NCBI RefSeq assembly: GCF_018350175.1
Contig: NC_058368.1
Span: 3,968,001 to 4,032,000, forward strand
Reading direction: 5' to 3'
From: Felis catus
Lineage: Eukaryota
DNA: 64,000 nt
This document shows positions 49,245-60,310 of this stretch, in pieces. The notes beneath the pieces are model-generated. The model did no database searches, was not told the DNA's origin, and saw only the letters and a program-made list of their open reading frames with translations. A program made the position numbers and the translations under genes. Each line of letters starts with the position of its first letter. Positions within the stretch are counted from its first letter, which is position 1.

Positions 49245-50126
49245 CGCGAGCGTCCCGGCCGAGCGCGGGCCCGCGTCCGCCCCAGCGCGCCGCGCCCGCT
49301 CACGGCCGCCTCCGCCGCCCCGAGAGGCCCGGGGCGGGCACCGAGCGCGGGATCCTCATGGCGCAGGCGGGCGCCGCCCCGGCCCGGCTCAGCCGCAGCC
49401 CCGGGAGCGGCGGCACGAGCCGAGCTGGAAACGCGAGAGGAAGCGGCGGCCGCGGAGGCGGGGCGGGGCGGAGCGGGGCGGGGCGGGGCCGGCGGCGGCG
49501 GCGCGCTCCCGGCCGGCGGGGCCCCAGGAGGCGCCGCCCGCGGGCACGCGCCCGCCCGCCTGGACCGTTAGCCGCGTGGGCGCCCCGCCCTGCCCGCAGG
49601 CCCCGCCCCGCCGCGCGCAGGCCCCGCCCCGCCGCCCGCGTCCGCCGAGGCGCCAAGACCCGAGGACTTGAAACACTTAATAGACCGCGCGGAGCCCTCG
49701 CGGAGAAGGCGCGTGTGTTTTCCCCGGCGGGGTTCAACAGGCCCGGGAGAGGCGGAACTAGACGTTCCTGGGGGCCTACGCCTCCGTCGCCTTTAATGAC
49801 TTTTCATCTCTGGCAGCGTCTCCAAATAAGACTTCTGGTGGCCTCGCAGGCACAAGCTACCGCCGTGGTGGCTGCAGAAAGAAGAGCCTTTCGCGGTTTC
49901 GTGATTGTTTTTAAGGCACAAAAGTAGGATCAGTGATTCAGTCGGCTGGAGGAAGGAGCAGAAAGAAAGGAATAGAAAGTAATAGATGACGATATACATG
50001 AACATATCCTATGCCGTGTTGAAATATAGGTAACTTATTTTGGCCATATTTTATGGTTGGTAGCCTGTTTTCCCATGACGCCTGCAAGCTCCTTGATATC
50101 AGAAACAGGCCTTAAGAGTCGATGGA

Positions 50127-50348
50127 GGGGCGCCTGGGTGGCTCAGTCGGCTAAGCGTCCAACGTCGGCTCAGGTCATGATCTCACAGCCTGTGGGTTCG
50201 AGCCCCGCAACGGGCTCTGTGCTGACAGCTCGGAGCCTGGAGCCTGCTTCCGATTCTGTGTCTCCCTCTCTCTCTCTTCCCTTCCCCCACTCACGCTCTG
50301 TCTCTCTCTGTGTCAAAATTAATAAACATTAAAAAAAAATTTTTTTTA
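50127..50348 (+). mobile_element. SINEC_Fc-like with TSD
   Basis: TSD aagagt(c/t)gatgga at 50114-50126 and 50349-50361, differing by one CpG-type transition. Confidence 0.94.
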
Positions 50349-50753
50349 AAGAGTTGATGGAATCACCCAAGAGTAACTAATGTTGCCTTGTAATTTGAAA
50401 GCGTGCTAGCTTGACGAAGCTTCAGAACGTACCATTATTTTCCTCTGGCTTATTTCTCAGAGGTAAGGATGAGACACATCAGGGGCCGGAGGGGGCAGGC
50501 AACATCTATTGCGACAACTCAAAGGCTATGTCCTGAGGAAGTAAACTTGTGTGCTCCTTGTTTAATACCAGGAATAGAATTAAATTTTAGTGTTGGCGCA
50601 AAAAAAAAAATGATATTAATGACTGTTTTTCAGTTATCACTTTTCCCCCTCTTGCACAAAAAAATATTACTCAGAACTGTTATCAGCAATAATAGAGTAC
50701 CCATACAGAATATTCCATCCCTTCCTTCTAACCACATTTAAAAAGGAAAGGCT

Positions 50754-50893
50754 GGGGTGCCTGGTAGCTCAGCCCGTTAAGGCTGGGACTCTTGATATTG
50801 GCTCTGGTCATGATCTCACCATTGGTGGGGCAGAGCCCCGCATCAGGCTCTCTGTTGAGAGTGCACAGCCTGCTTGGGATTCTCTCTCTGCCT

Positions 50894-50959
<66 letters not shown>

Positions 50960-50980
50960 AAATAAATAAACATTTGAAAA
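50754..50980 (+). mobile_element. SINEC with (CT)n(CA)n
   Basis: ggggtgcctggtagctcag head, aaaaggaaag flanking both sides. Confidence 0.9.
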
Positions 50981-52054
50981 AGGAAAGTCTGTAAATCATG
51001 CAGCTCTTCCCCTACTTGGAACGAGTATGCACAGTCAATCAGAGAAGAGGCCAGAAAACCCTAATGGATGAATATTCGCTTTCTCAATCAGGCAACACTG
51101 TACATGCAAATGCATTAGAATATCACCAAGGAGAAAATCTCACTGAGCTGCTGAGCACGATCCCCCAGGGTAAATCCTCCACGCATAAGTCCTTTGATAA
51201 CCCCCGGGTCTACCTGCTTTCCTTATGGTCTCTCCCAGGGAGACAGGCAAACGTGATGTGGTACAGAGTTAAAGCCTTGAGGAAGAGAAAGGCCCCTAAT
51301 GGAGGGGATTTCACAAGAAGTGAAGCAGATCTGGCTGGGAAAGGGGGCTGACCGTAAGTATCTTCGAACATCTGGAGTTCGAAGTATATTCAGGATACAC
51401 TCTAAAGCGTTAGTCTGCATGGGAAATATAAACCTGGAACTCAAACAAGATGTCAAAGCTAAGGATATAGATTTAGAAATCATTTGTTTAATCATTCAGA
51501 TAATATTTGTTAAACCCCTCCTCTGTGCTAGATGGACACATTTCTAAATGACGAGAATAAACAATGAACAAAACAAAGTCAACATCTCATGCCTGCATTC
51601 TAGGGAAGGAAGCCGATTAATAAATAGACAAAGGATATATGAATGCCTCCTATGGTGGCAGCCAAGTAGGGGTAAGTACTATTTAAAGGCGGGGGGAGGG
51701 AGTTGGGGCAGGACAAGATAAGAGAGGAAAAGAGCTAAGATGGTCGTAGAACTTTCTAAATGACATATGAGAAGAGGCCTGAATGAAACACAGGAGAAGG
51801 AAGTTATCCAGAAGGAGGTTATATGAGAAGGAAGGGGGGCAGAGCAACACTTGTAGCCCATGCATCCATCGTCTCTGACCTGGATTTGGGGTCATCCCTT
51901 CCTACTTGTTGCCTCCCCTCTATTTCTCTCCTCTCCAACCCATGCCCCAACTGGCCACAAAACCAAAGTTGGAACTGACGTCTGTTCTGTTTGCTGATAG
52001 CTTCCCAGAACCTAAAAGAGGTCCTCACACACAATAGGTGTGCAGTAAATATGA

Positions 52055-52240
52055 AGAAAGGAAGGAAGTGTTGAGGGAGGGAGGGAGGGAGGGAGGGAGG
52101 GAGGGAGGGAAGGAAGGAAGGAAGGAAGGAAGGAAGGAAAAACAGAAGAAGGAAGAAAGGACAGAAGGAAGGAAGGAAGGAAGGAAGGGAAGAAGGAATT
52201 ACATAAAGGAAATGAGGGGAGAAAGAAAGGGAGGAAAAGG
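52055..52240. repeat. Polypurine (GGGA)n/(GGAA)n tract
   Basis: Read directly from the sequence. Confidence 0.92.
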
Positions 52241-53954
52241 AATAAATAAATATCTGGAAAATACAGAAAAGTAGATAAAAGCTCAAACATTATACGTAAT
52301 TCTAACACCCCAATACAAACAACATTTTTATGGCCATTAATTTAAGGGCTTTTTATATGATTACAGTAATACTATGGGTACACAGTGTTTTTCCAATTTT
52401 TATCACTGTAATAATTGTATTGCTAATAATTGCCGAATTTTCCATTGAGAAGAAATATCTTAGGCTACTCAACCCTACTGATAAATACAAGGGCATTTTA
52501 ATTTTTCAGAAGTGCACAGACCAATAAATATCTTTGTTCATGAACTTTCACCACTATTTAAGATAAGAAAGAAATTTGTAAAAATGATGCATTCCAGTAA
52601 ATGTCTAGCTGAGCCCTAACTCATTCTGTAGGAGTATATTATAAAATTCAGAACAGCAAAAGCCAAAACCATAGTCTCTTCTTTTAGAATGAGTCCAGAC
52701 ACAATAAAAAAAGGGGGGTGGGGGGAGTCCTGGGACCATCCTTTCAGCCTATTTCAGTTGTAGAGACGAACAAATAAAATTATTTTATTGTACAAGCCAG
52801 ATTCAGCAGGACAGAAGCAGAAAACAATGTTGTTCTCTCTCACGAGCCCTGTTTTAATTTGTCCTGGTACTTATTTCTTTCCCTTTCCCTGGATGACAGA
52901 GGACGGCAGGGCTTGGACCCTAGATTCCCCATCACTCCTGGCTGATAAAAATTCTCCAGTTCCTTCCAGTCCCTAAAATGACTCATCTTAGTAATTGAAA
53001 ACCCTCTCCAGGGTAACAACCAAACCACCAGTCCAATCCAATGTAAAAAATTCTGAAATAATAACCGGGCTTTATTCCGTCTCACCAAGTCAACTGCAGT
53101 GTGGAAACGTAGCTCAAGGCTGAGCTAATTTCCCCTGAAACAACATTTTGTGGTTTTATGAAATGGAATGTGCCTGATAGCATGTCTTTGATCAGAGGGA
53201 AACAAGAAATGAGTCCCTTCTGGAGAATGTGCACCAGTTATGTAAAGACCGAAGAGTGACAAATCATTGTCCCTTTGTTTAATGAGTCAGCGTAAGGCTG
53301 TTTGGCTTGAAAATAAAAAGATGAGAATATTGTGGATATGTGAAGTCCTAGAAAAATGAGTAAAACCTTAAGCCAAACAGAAAAAGGAAAAAATCTCTCA
53401 GGGAGAAGAAATAGGACCTCTAAAATCATGGAGTCAAAAAAACAGCAATAAAGTGAGGCATCCCAAGTAGCTTCCTATGATGGAATCCGAGGGGAGGATT
53501 CACGCAAAGGCACAGAAATGTGATCCGAGAGCACCTGCAGGGATATCATGAAATCCTTACACTACATCTGCAGTTACATGAGGGGAACGGGAGCCACTTT
53601 CGGATTTGAATCAGGTTAGGTGATCTAATTTGCATTCTAGAAAGACTGAGGATGACTTGGAAGGAGGCAAACTTAAAATAGGAACAAAACCAAGAAAAAA
53701 ATGCTATCCGTGAGATGAAAACCTTCAAGAACAGTATCAATCACGTGGATAAAGTGGATAAAGTGCCCGTAGGATTTGACAACGAGGAGGCCATTGTTGG
53801 TTGACCTCTATGCTCCAGAACCTGCAAGAATTTCCTGATGACTGTAGGATCAAGTTCAAGTTATCCTGCATGGATAAGGCCCATCACAACGGAGCCCTGG
53901 TCAACCTTCTCAAATTCCTCTGAGGCCATCCCACTATCTGTCTCCATGACCAGC

Positions 53955-54180
53955 TGATAGTAACACGTAAACGTTATGGAATACTTACTATGTGCCAAAC
54001 ACCTACTAAAATCCTTATGTGGCTTAGCTCATTGGATCTTCCCCCCAAACCCTACAAAGTACATAAACCCTTAATTTCCAGGCGAGGAAAATGGAACCAC
54101 ACGCCTTACTTGTAGCTGCACAGCTGTTAGTGGGTGAGCCAACTCCATGAGCCCGAGCCCTATTACTATTAAACTATAAT
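53955..54180. mobile_element. MIR fragment
   Basis: tacttactatgtgccaaacacc...atttccaggcgaggaaaatgga MIR-like pattern. Confidence 0.55.
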
Positions 54181-54594
54181 ATTCACAGAATACAATCACT
54201 TCACGTGGCCTCGCTGCCCCCTACCTGCACTGTCCTCACCTACTTGCAGTCCCCTTCCCATCACTTTCCATCTGATAAATCTCTAAGTCGTCCTCCAAGA
54301 TTGACTACTTGTCCCAGTTTCCCCCGTCTCTTCCGGGGTCCTTCTTTCTGCATGATGTGTACACTGCGTATTCACTGTTGCTATTATGGCACATATCATG
54401 TTTTTTAGTAACTATGACTCATTTTTATTCATTGCAGTGGGAGCCCCATTGCACTCCTCTTGGTACCCCAAGGGCCTAGTACAGAATACTAGTCCGTGAC
54501 TGTTGCTAAGATGTTTGAGATGAATGAACGGGCTGCATATAGGGAAATAGCAACTTCACTCCTAACACCAATCAGGCTTTGTTTTGTTTTGTTT

Positions 54595-55017
54595 TGGGGT
54601 CTGTTCAAAATGCTTTGGGCTGCAAGTAACTGATTCCGCGACTAGCAGTAGCTAAACTGATAATGGTTTGTTTTTCTCACGGGTCAGGAAGTCTAGAGGA
54701 ATGCCATTGTTCACCAATCTCAAGACTAGCATTCCAGTGATGTTTTGGGACTTTCCTTCCTCGTCATAGAATGGCTCATCCAGTTCTAATACTTCCATAT
54801 TCGATGTAGGAGGATGGGAGAAAGGGAGAAAGGGAAGAAAACAGTTTTACCTCTTTTATCAGAAAAACAAGAATGTTCCCACAGACTTCTGCTTCTCATT
54901 GGCCACCCCTAGCTGCAAGGAAGGCGGGCAAAACCAAGCCTCTACAATAGAAGGTTCTAGAAGGAGAATAGGGATTTGCAAGTGACTGTTGGGTCAGCCT
55001 ACAACACTATCTACAAC
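54595..55017. mobile_element. MaLR solo LTR (MLT1-like), old
   Basis: gctttgggctgcaagtaac, gtttttctcac...aggaagtctagagg, cagacttctgcttctcattggcca and ccctagctgcaaggaaggc motifs, typical of old MLT1 LTRs (from memory). Confidence 0.65.
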
Positions 55018-55044
55018 ATTGCTCTAATATGCATGGCAAATGTA

Positions 55045-55254
55045 TTTTTTCTAATGTTTATTTATCTTGAGAGAGACAGAGACAGAGAGCAAGCAAGGGA
55101 GGGGCAGAGAGAGAGGGAGACACAGAATCCAAAGCAGGTTCCAGGCTCTGAGCTGTCAGCACAGAGCCCCATGTGGGACTCGAGATCACAGACTGTGCAA
55201 GATCATGACCTGGGCTGAAATCCGACGCCCAACTGAGTCACCCAGATGTCCCGG
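55045..55254 (-). mobile_element. SINEC_Fc-like
   Basis: Reverse-complement body: atgtttatttat...gagagagacagag...ctgagtcacccag. Confidence 0.9.
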
Positions 55255-56990
55255 CAAATTTATTTCCAAAGTGTCTACAGAAATATTGGAAAACGATGTA
55301 ACGGGTAAGTTTTTCATAGCCTGATTAGTGACATACCAAGGCACATCTTTTGAAAGGATAGTAGGAGAAGTGTTTCATGCAACTAATCTTTCACTGCCTT
55401 GGGATGGGGATTTGGGTAAATCCTATGATTTTTCTGTTCACTTTTCTATAATGACAGTCCCTAAAGTCATTTTAAGTTACAAAACAGAATTTCAATTCTC
55501 TCATTGGGATAAGTTCCAGGCAAAATCATTAGATAAGATTTCAACCTTCTGTCTTCACTCAAAGGTCACCTTCCTCTTTCTGTTGCCATCACCACCCCAC
55601 GCTAAGTAAGACCCATTGTCAGATGCCACCCACCTTCCAGGAGGTGACAGCTGTGGAGCCAGGAGAAGGCAGGAGGACGGGCTGTTCGTTGGCTGTGTGG
55701 ATCTGAGCCCTACGGGTCTGGCAGGTGATTAAGCTCACCATTTCTCCCGTGGGGCTCTTGGGGAAGTCCTGTCACTGGGGACCCCAGCGGGAGTGGGGGG
55801 CGGGCAGTGCCTCTCTCCACTGAGTGATCACTCACGACTGCTTCCACAACCTTCTGAGTCCACACCACCTCCCACCCCTTGCTGTTCTGGCCCTACCTCA
55901 AGCAAACCACATTGAAGAGGCCCCGACCTGATGCTGTCCCACATAGTTCAGGTGTGTTCTATGGAAAATTCTCTCCTATCCCTTGCCCAGCAAGCTTGGG
56001 CAGTGCAGGCCAGAGACCACGATGGCCGCCTGCTGCCTCAGAGTGCTTGGTCCCCAGGCCTGAACTGGCCTTGAACCCAGTCCCAAGTTCTTCCTGTGGT
56101 TCACCAGGCTTGATGTAAAGGAGATAAACCCCTCTAATCCTGTCCACTTGGCAACATCTTTCTCCAAAGAAATCGGTAGCAAACTTCTCTTCCCTCCCTA
56201 TACTCTCACTAAAGGGGATCACACAACAGGTCCTGAGGCTCTTTGTAATTGTATATGAGGGAACGTCTGTCCCCCAAACACTTTCCAAACTGAGGTAGGA
56301 AGCACTTACTTTTAAGCACTTTTTTTACCTTCAATACGCATCAGCCATCGGAATAATTCAAATCGCATTCACAGAGACCAACAGAAAAAAATACATGAAT
56401 AGCATGTAAATCAAAAGAATATATACGCGAGACATGCATCATTATATATTCATCAATTCAAAATTCAAACACCACAGTATACCAGAACCATGGCAGTTAA
56501 ACAAAACACCAGCTCCTATGAGGCTCCCATTCATAATGGGGAGGCAGAAAATAAATAAATACACAGATATATAATATGCAAAGCAGAAATAAGGCCTATG
56601 ATGAAACATGGTGGGCAAGGGACGGAACATGGCATGGGCTGGGGTGCTGTCATCTGAGAACGGAACCGAATATGCAAAGTGAAAAAGCATAGAGAAGGAA
56701 GCCTTGGGATGAAGCTGGCGATTGAGAAAGCAACCCTTACCCAAAGGCAAAGTGTATGGTCTCTTCCCCATAAAAAACAAAATTTGCTATTCTAGTTCAC
56801 TCTGTTTAACTCACCTCACCTTATTCCCATAACTCTGCTTCAAATATTTTAAATTAAGAAAGTACTCATCAGAATCCTAAGTATTTCACCCACTACAAAT
56901 TTCCAAATGGAGTATCTCTTCTAAAGCCAATTAAACTATTAAAATGAGGTGTTCATCCAAATGATGAATATTTTGTTTCATATTGGTTTT

Positions 56991-57176
56991 CTCAAGCTTA
57001 TTTATTAATTTTGAGCGAGAGAAAGACAGCATGCATGTGAGTAGGGGACAGGGAGAGAGATTGGGAATCCCAAGCTAACAGCACGGAGCCTGACACGGGG
57101 CTTGACTGCATGAACCATGAAATCATGACCTGAGCCCACATCAAGAGTTCAACCAACTGAGCCACCCAGGCGCCCT
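56991..57176 (-). mobile_element. SINEC (1 of 3 stacked)
   Basis: Reverse-complement body ending gagccacccaggcgccct. Confidence 0.9.
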
Positions 57177-57190
57177 TATTTAATATTGGG

Positions 57191-57422
57191 TTTTTTTTTT
57201 CATGTTTATTTATCTTTGAGAGAGAGACAGAGAGACAGAGACAGAGACAGAGCGTGAATAGGGGAGGGGCAGAGAGAGAGGGAGAGACAGAGAATCCGAA
57301 GCAGGCTCCAGGCTCTGCGCTGTCAGCCCAGGGCCCAACACGGGGCTCGAACTCACAAACCACGAGATCATGACCTGAGCTGAAGTCTAAAGCTTAACCA
57401 ACTGGGCCACCCAGGTGCCCCT
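57191..57422 (-). mobile_element. SINEC_Fc-like (2 of 3 stacked)
   Basis: Poly-T, (GA)n, ...ggccacccaggtgcccct. Confidence 0.92.
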
Positions 57423-57434
57423 GATATTGGTTTT

Positions 57435-57665
57435 ATTTTTATTTTATTTTTTAAATCTTTTTTTAATGTTTATTTTTGAGAGAGAGAGAAAGACAGAGTG
57501 CAACTGTGGGAGGGTCAGAAAGGGGGGAGACACAGCATCCGAAGCAGGCTCCAGGTTCTGAGCCGTCAGCACAGAGCCCGACGGGGAGCTCGAACTCACG
57601 AACCCCAAGATCGTGACCTGAGCTAAAGTGGGACGCTCAACCGACTGAGCCACCCAGGCGCCCCT
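57435..57665 (-). mobile_element. SINEC_Fc-like (3 of 3 stacked)
   Basis: Poly-T, (GA)n, ...gagccacccaggcgcccct. Confidence 0.92.
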
Positions 57666-60044
57666 TAACATTGGTTTTAAATTCACTCAGTGAGACTTCA
57701 AGGCGAAGCACTTCGTCTTTGTCAATATTCGTACAAGCGGCCGGTGGGTGCACCACGTTGTGTGTGCAGTGGTGAGTGTGTATGTTTGGGCGGGTGGAAG
57801 ACAGCCGCTCCTGCTGTTTAACACGCCGTGAGTCTCTGTGCAACTGAATCCTAATGCACAGTCATCACTGATGGAAGCAGGACTGTCCACTGTCTGTGCC
57901 CAGAGACACTGTGAGCAAGTGAAGGGAGGAAACTTACCTCCCCGCTCATCTCCCGCACGACCTAAGACGCCCAGTGCGGTTATGGCAGGATGTCCCAGCA
58001 ATCAGGGGAAAGGTGGCAGGTGGCACCGAGACCCATGACATCCGGGCTAGACGGTGCGTTGATAACGCTGTTGCCTCCGCTGGCAGAAAGCCGCACGTCT
58101 GCAGGCTCCTGTCTAGACCCTTCTTCCCTCTGGAGCCTTCCTTCCTTCTTCTCTTCCTTACCCCTGTTGTTACCGACCCGGCTCGGTGTGATAAGCCCCT
58201 TCCAGCGCAGCCTTCTGTCCGATTTTGTCAGGCTGGCCCTTCAAGGTCATGGTAAGACCTTGGCCCAAGTCAGGCTCGTGGGCGTTCCCCCCGCTCTGCC
58301 TTTCTGCTTTCTTAGGGCACCCCCACCCTCCCCCCGCTACCGCCCCCGGCCCTCCCACCACCCGGCTGCTCTGGTAGCATCATCAGCCTCCTCCTCTTCC
58401 CGCTCCTACACCTTTCTAGAAACATCCACTCACGTACAAATTCTGTTTTGACAATTTTGCACTCAGCACGTGACTGCGCGGGAAATGACGACCCAAAGTC
58501 CGAATACAAACGTGACAGAGGACCGCAGGTGGCGGTCAGGGTCTTGGGGAAGGTGTAGCTGCCGAACACAGGGGCAAAGTCCAGACAAAATGGTGGGCTG
58601 AAGATGGAAATTCCTGTACCGATGGCTTCCCACGTCACTGAAAGGTAAAGTGAGGGTCCTCGGCGAGCAAGGCCTTAGTGGTCAAGCCCCCTGTCCCCGG
58701 GCTCGTCTCCTCCTCGCTCGTTGTCCCCCTAGCCCCTGCCTCCCCTCCCTCTTGCTCATTCCACCGCAGCCCTCGGCACCCTTCAGTCCTGAACACGGAG
58801 CCACACTCCCTGCCCCAGGGTCTTTGCACTTGCTGTCCCCCCGGTTCGGCGTGATCTTCGTGCAGATGTCATTTCTTACTCCCTCACCCCCTTTCTGTCT
58901 GCACTCAAACGTCCTCTTTCTCAGGATGCCTTCCCAAACACCCTGTACAAAATAGCAACACGCCCCATGCCCCGCCTTGAGTTGCCTGATCCCTCTCTAC
59001 AGCACCCATGACCATCTGCTACATACCCAGTTGTTTATCTGTTCGGTATCTGTCTCAGCCCAATGTGTTGTCCACTCCGTGAGAGCAAAGCCATCGTCGG
59101 TTGAATTCACTGCTCTCTTCCCAGCATGAGAGGGGTTCAGCCACGCCACAGGCACTCGGGAAATATTGTTGAACATACAAATGGACAAACACTCACTCTA
59201 CGGGCATCCTGGACCCCGGGCCGATGCCCGGGGTATCTCTTCCCCCACACCCCCCACCCTCATTCCGAGCTTGGCTTCCAGCCCCTGCCCCCAGGGCTCC
59301 GGCACTGCCAGGCTCACTGCAGCCACAGCTGGGGCGTGGCTCTGACCGTGTCCTGCCTCACGCGGTGGCTGTCCCCCGGCCGCACCCCTCTGGCCAGCAG
59401 CTCTCCACTGCGCCCCAGGGAGCCCGTGACCTGCTGTCCCACACTCACTCTGCAGGTGCCAGCTGACCCCAACTCACAGGTCACTTAGCAGGACAGGTTC
59501 TGCCACTTTGGCTTCCTTCCCAGGACGCGTAACCACCAGCGGATGGGGAGGACAAGGTCACCTTCACGTTTTACTCCCTTGATGGAGATTCTCGCGTCTG
59601 CGTGAGAACCCACAGCGGAAGCATTCAGGAAACCTGTGCCTGGGGTTTAAGGTGGAGAACGTACATCCTGATGACTCTCGCTGAGAGACGTTCCTAAGAG
59701 ACGCATCTCTGTAGGAGAGACCGGTTTTGTCACACCAGACACTGCTGGCTCTTGCATTGTGCTCTCCCTAGGTCCTCCTAGGGAGCCCCAGAGTCCCTTC
59801 CCGTCTGCAGACACGTCCTGCGCCTGCCCCCGTGCCAGTCCCACTGGAAGGGAGGGAGTCCCAAAGCCCTGGGGCACGTTAACAACCCCCTGCAGTGGGT
59901 GTATCACTAAACGACACTCTTCGCTCCCCAATACCGCAACGTGTACTGTCGCAGCCTCAGCTAGGGCGAGCCCTCCACCACCAGTTTGCACCCTCCCCCC
60001 ACTGCTCCCATCTTGTGCTGAAAAATCTGTCCACGCCCGGAACA

Positions 60045-60310
60045 CAGCATCCTCAGCGAAATGAGCCGAGCACTCAGGACCACACGTTACAGGCTTCCGT
60101 TTGTATGAAACGTCCAGAGGCAGCAAACCCACAGACACAGCAGGTTGTCAGGAGCTGGGGAGGGGGGCGGTCAGGAGTCACGGCCAACGGGCTTCCCTGG
60201 GGGATGCTGAAAATGGTCTGGAATAGTGACACATCCTGGTGAGCATCCTAGAAGCCACTGAATTGGACCCTTTCAAGTGGTGAACCGTCCGGTAGGTGAA
60301 TTTCAGCTTC
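60045..60310 (+). mobile_element. Ancient L1M 3'UTR fragment
   Basis: ttccgtttgtatgaaacgtccagaggcagcaaacccacagac...ggggatgctgaaaatggtctggaa...gccactgaattg pattern typical of L1MB/L1ME 3' ends. Confidence 0.6.

Larger units (their letters stand above)
48680..49900. promoter_or_regulatory. SACS: CpG island / GC-box promoter of SACS
   Basis: Very high GC and CpG density, with clustered GGGGCGGGG / CCCCGCCCC Sp/KLF boxes at ~49460-49490 and ~49580-49635, overlapping exon 3. Confidence 0.88.

Noticed and set aside
48887..49927. Several long ORFs (138-300 aa) on both strands
   Set aside because: CpG-island artefacts rich in Arg/Gly/Pro/Ala. Only the 151-nt UBL exon has a recognisable product.
56979..57678. 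Repeat-spacer pattern suggestive of a CRISPR-like array
   Set aside because: The 'spacers' are ~200-bp SINEs and the 'repeats' are target-site duplications, in mammalian DNA with no cas genes.
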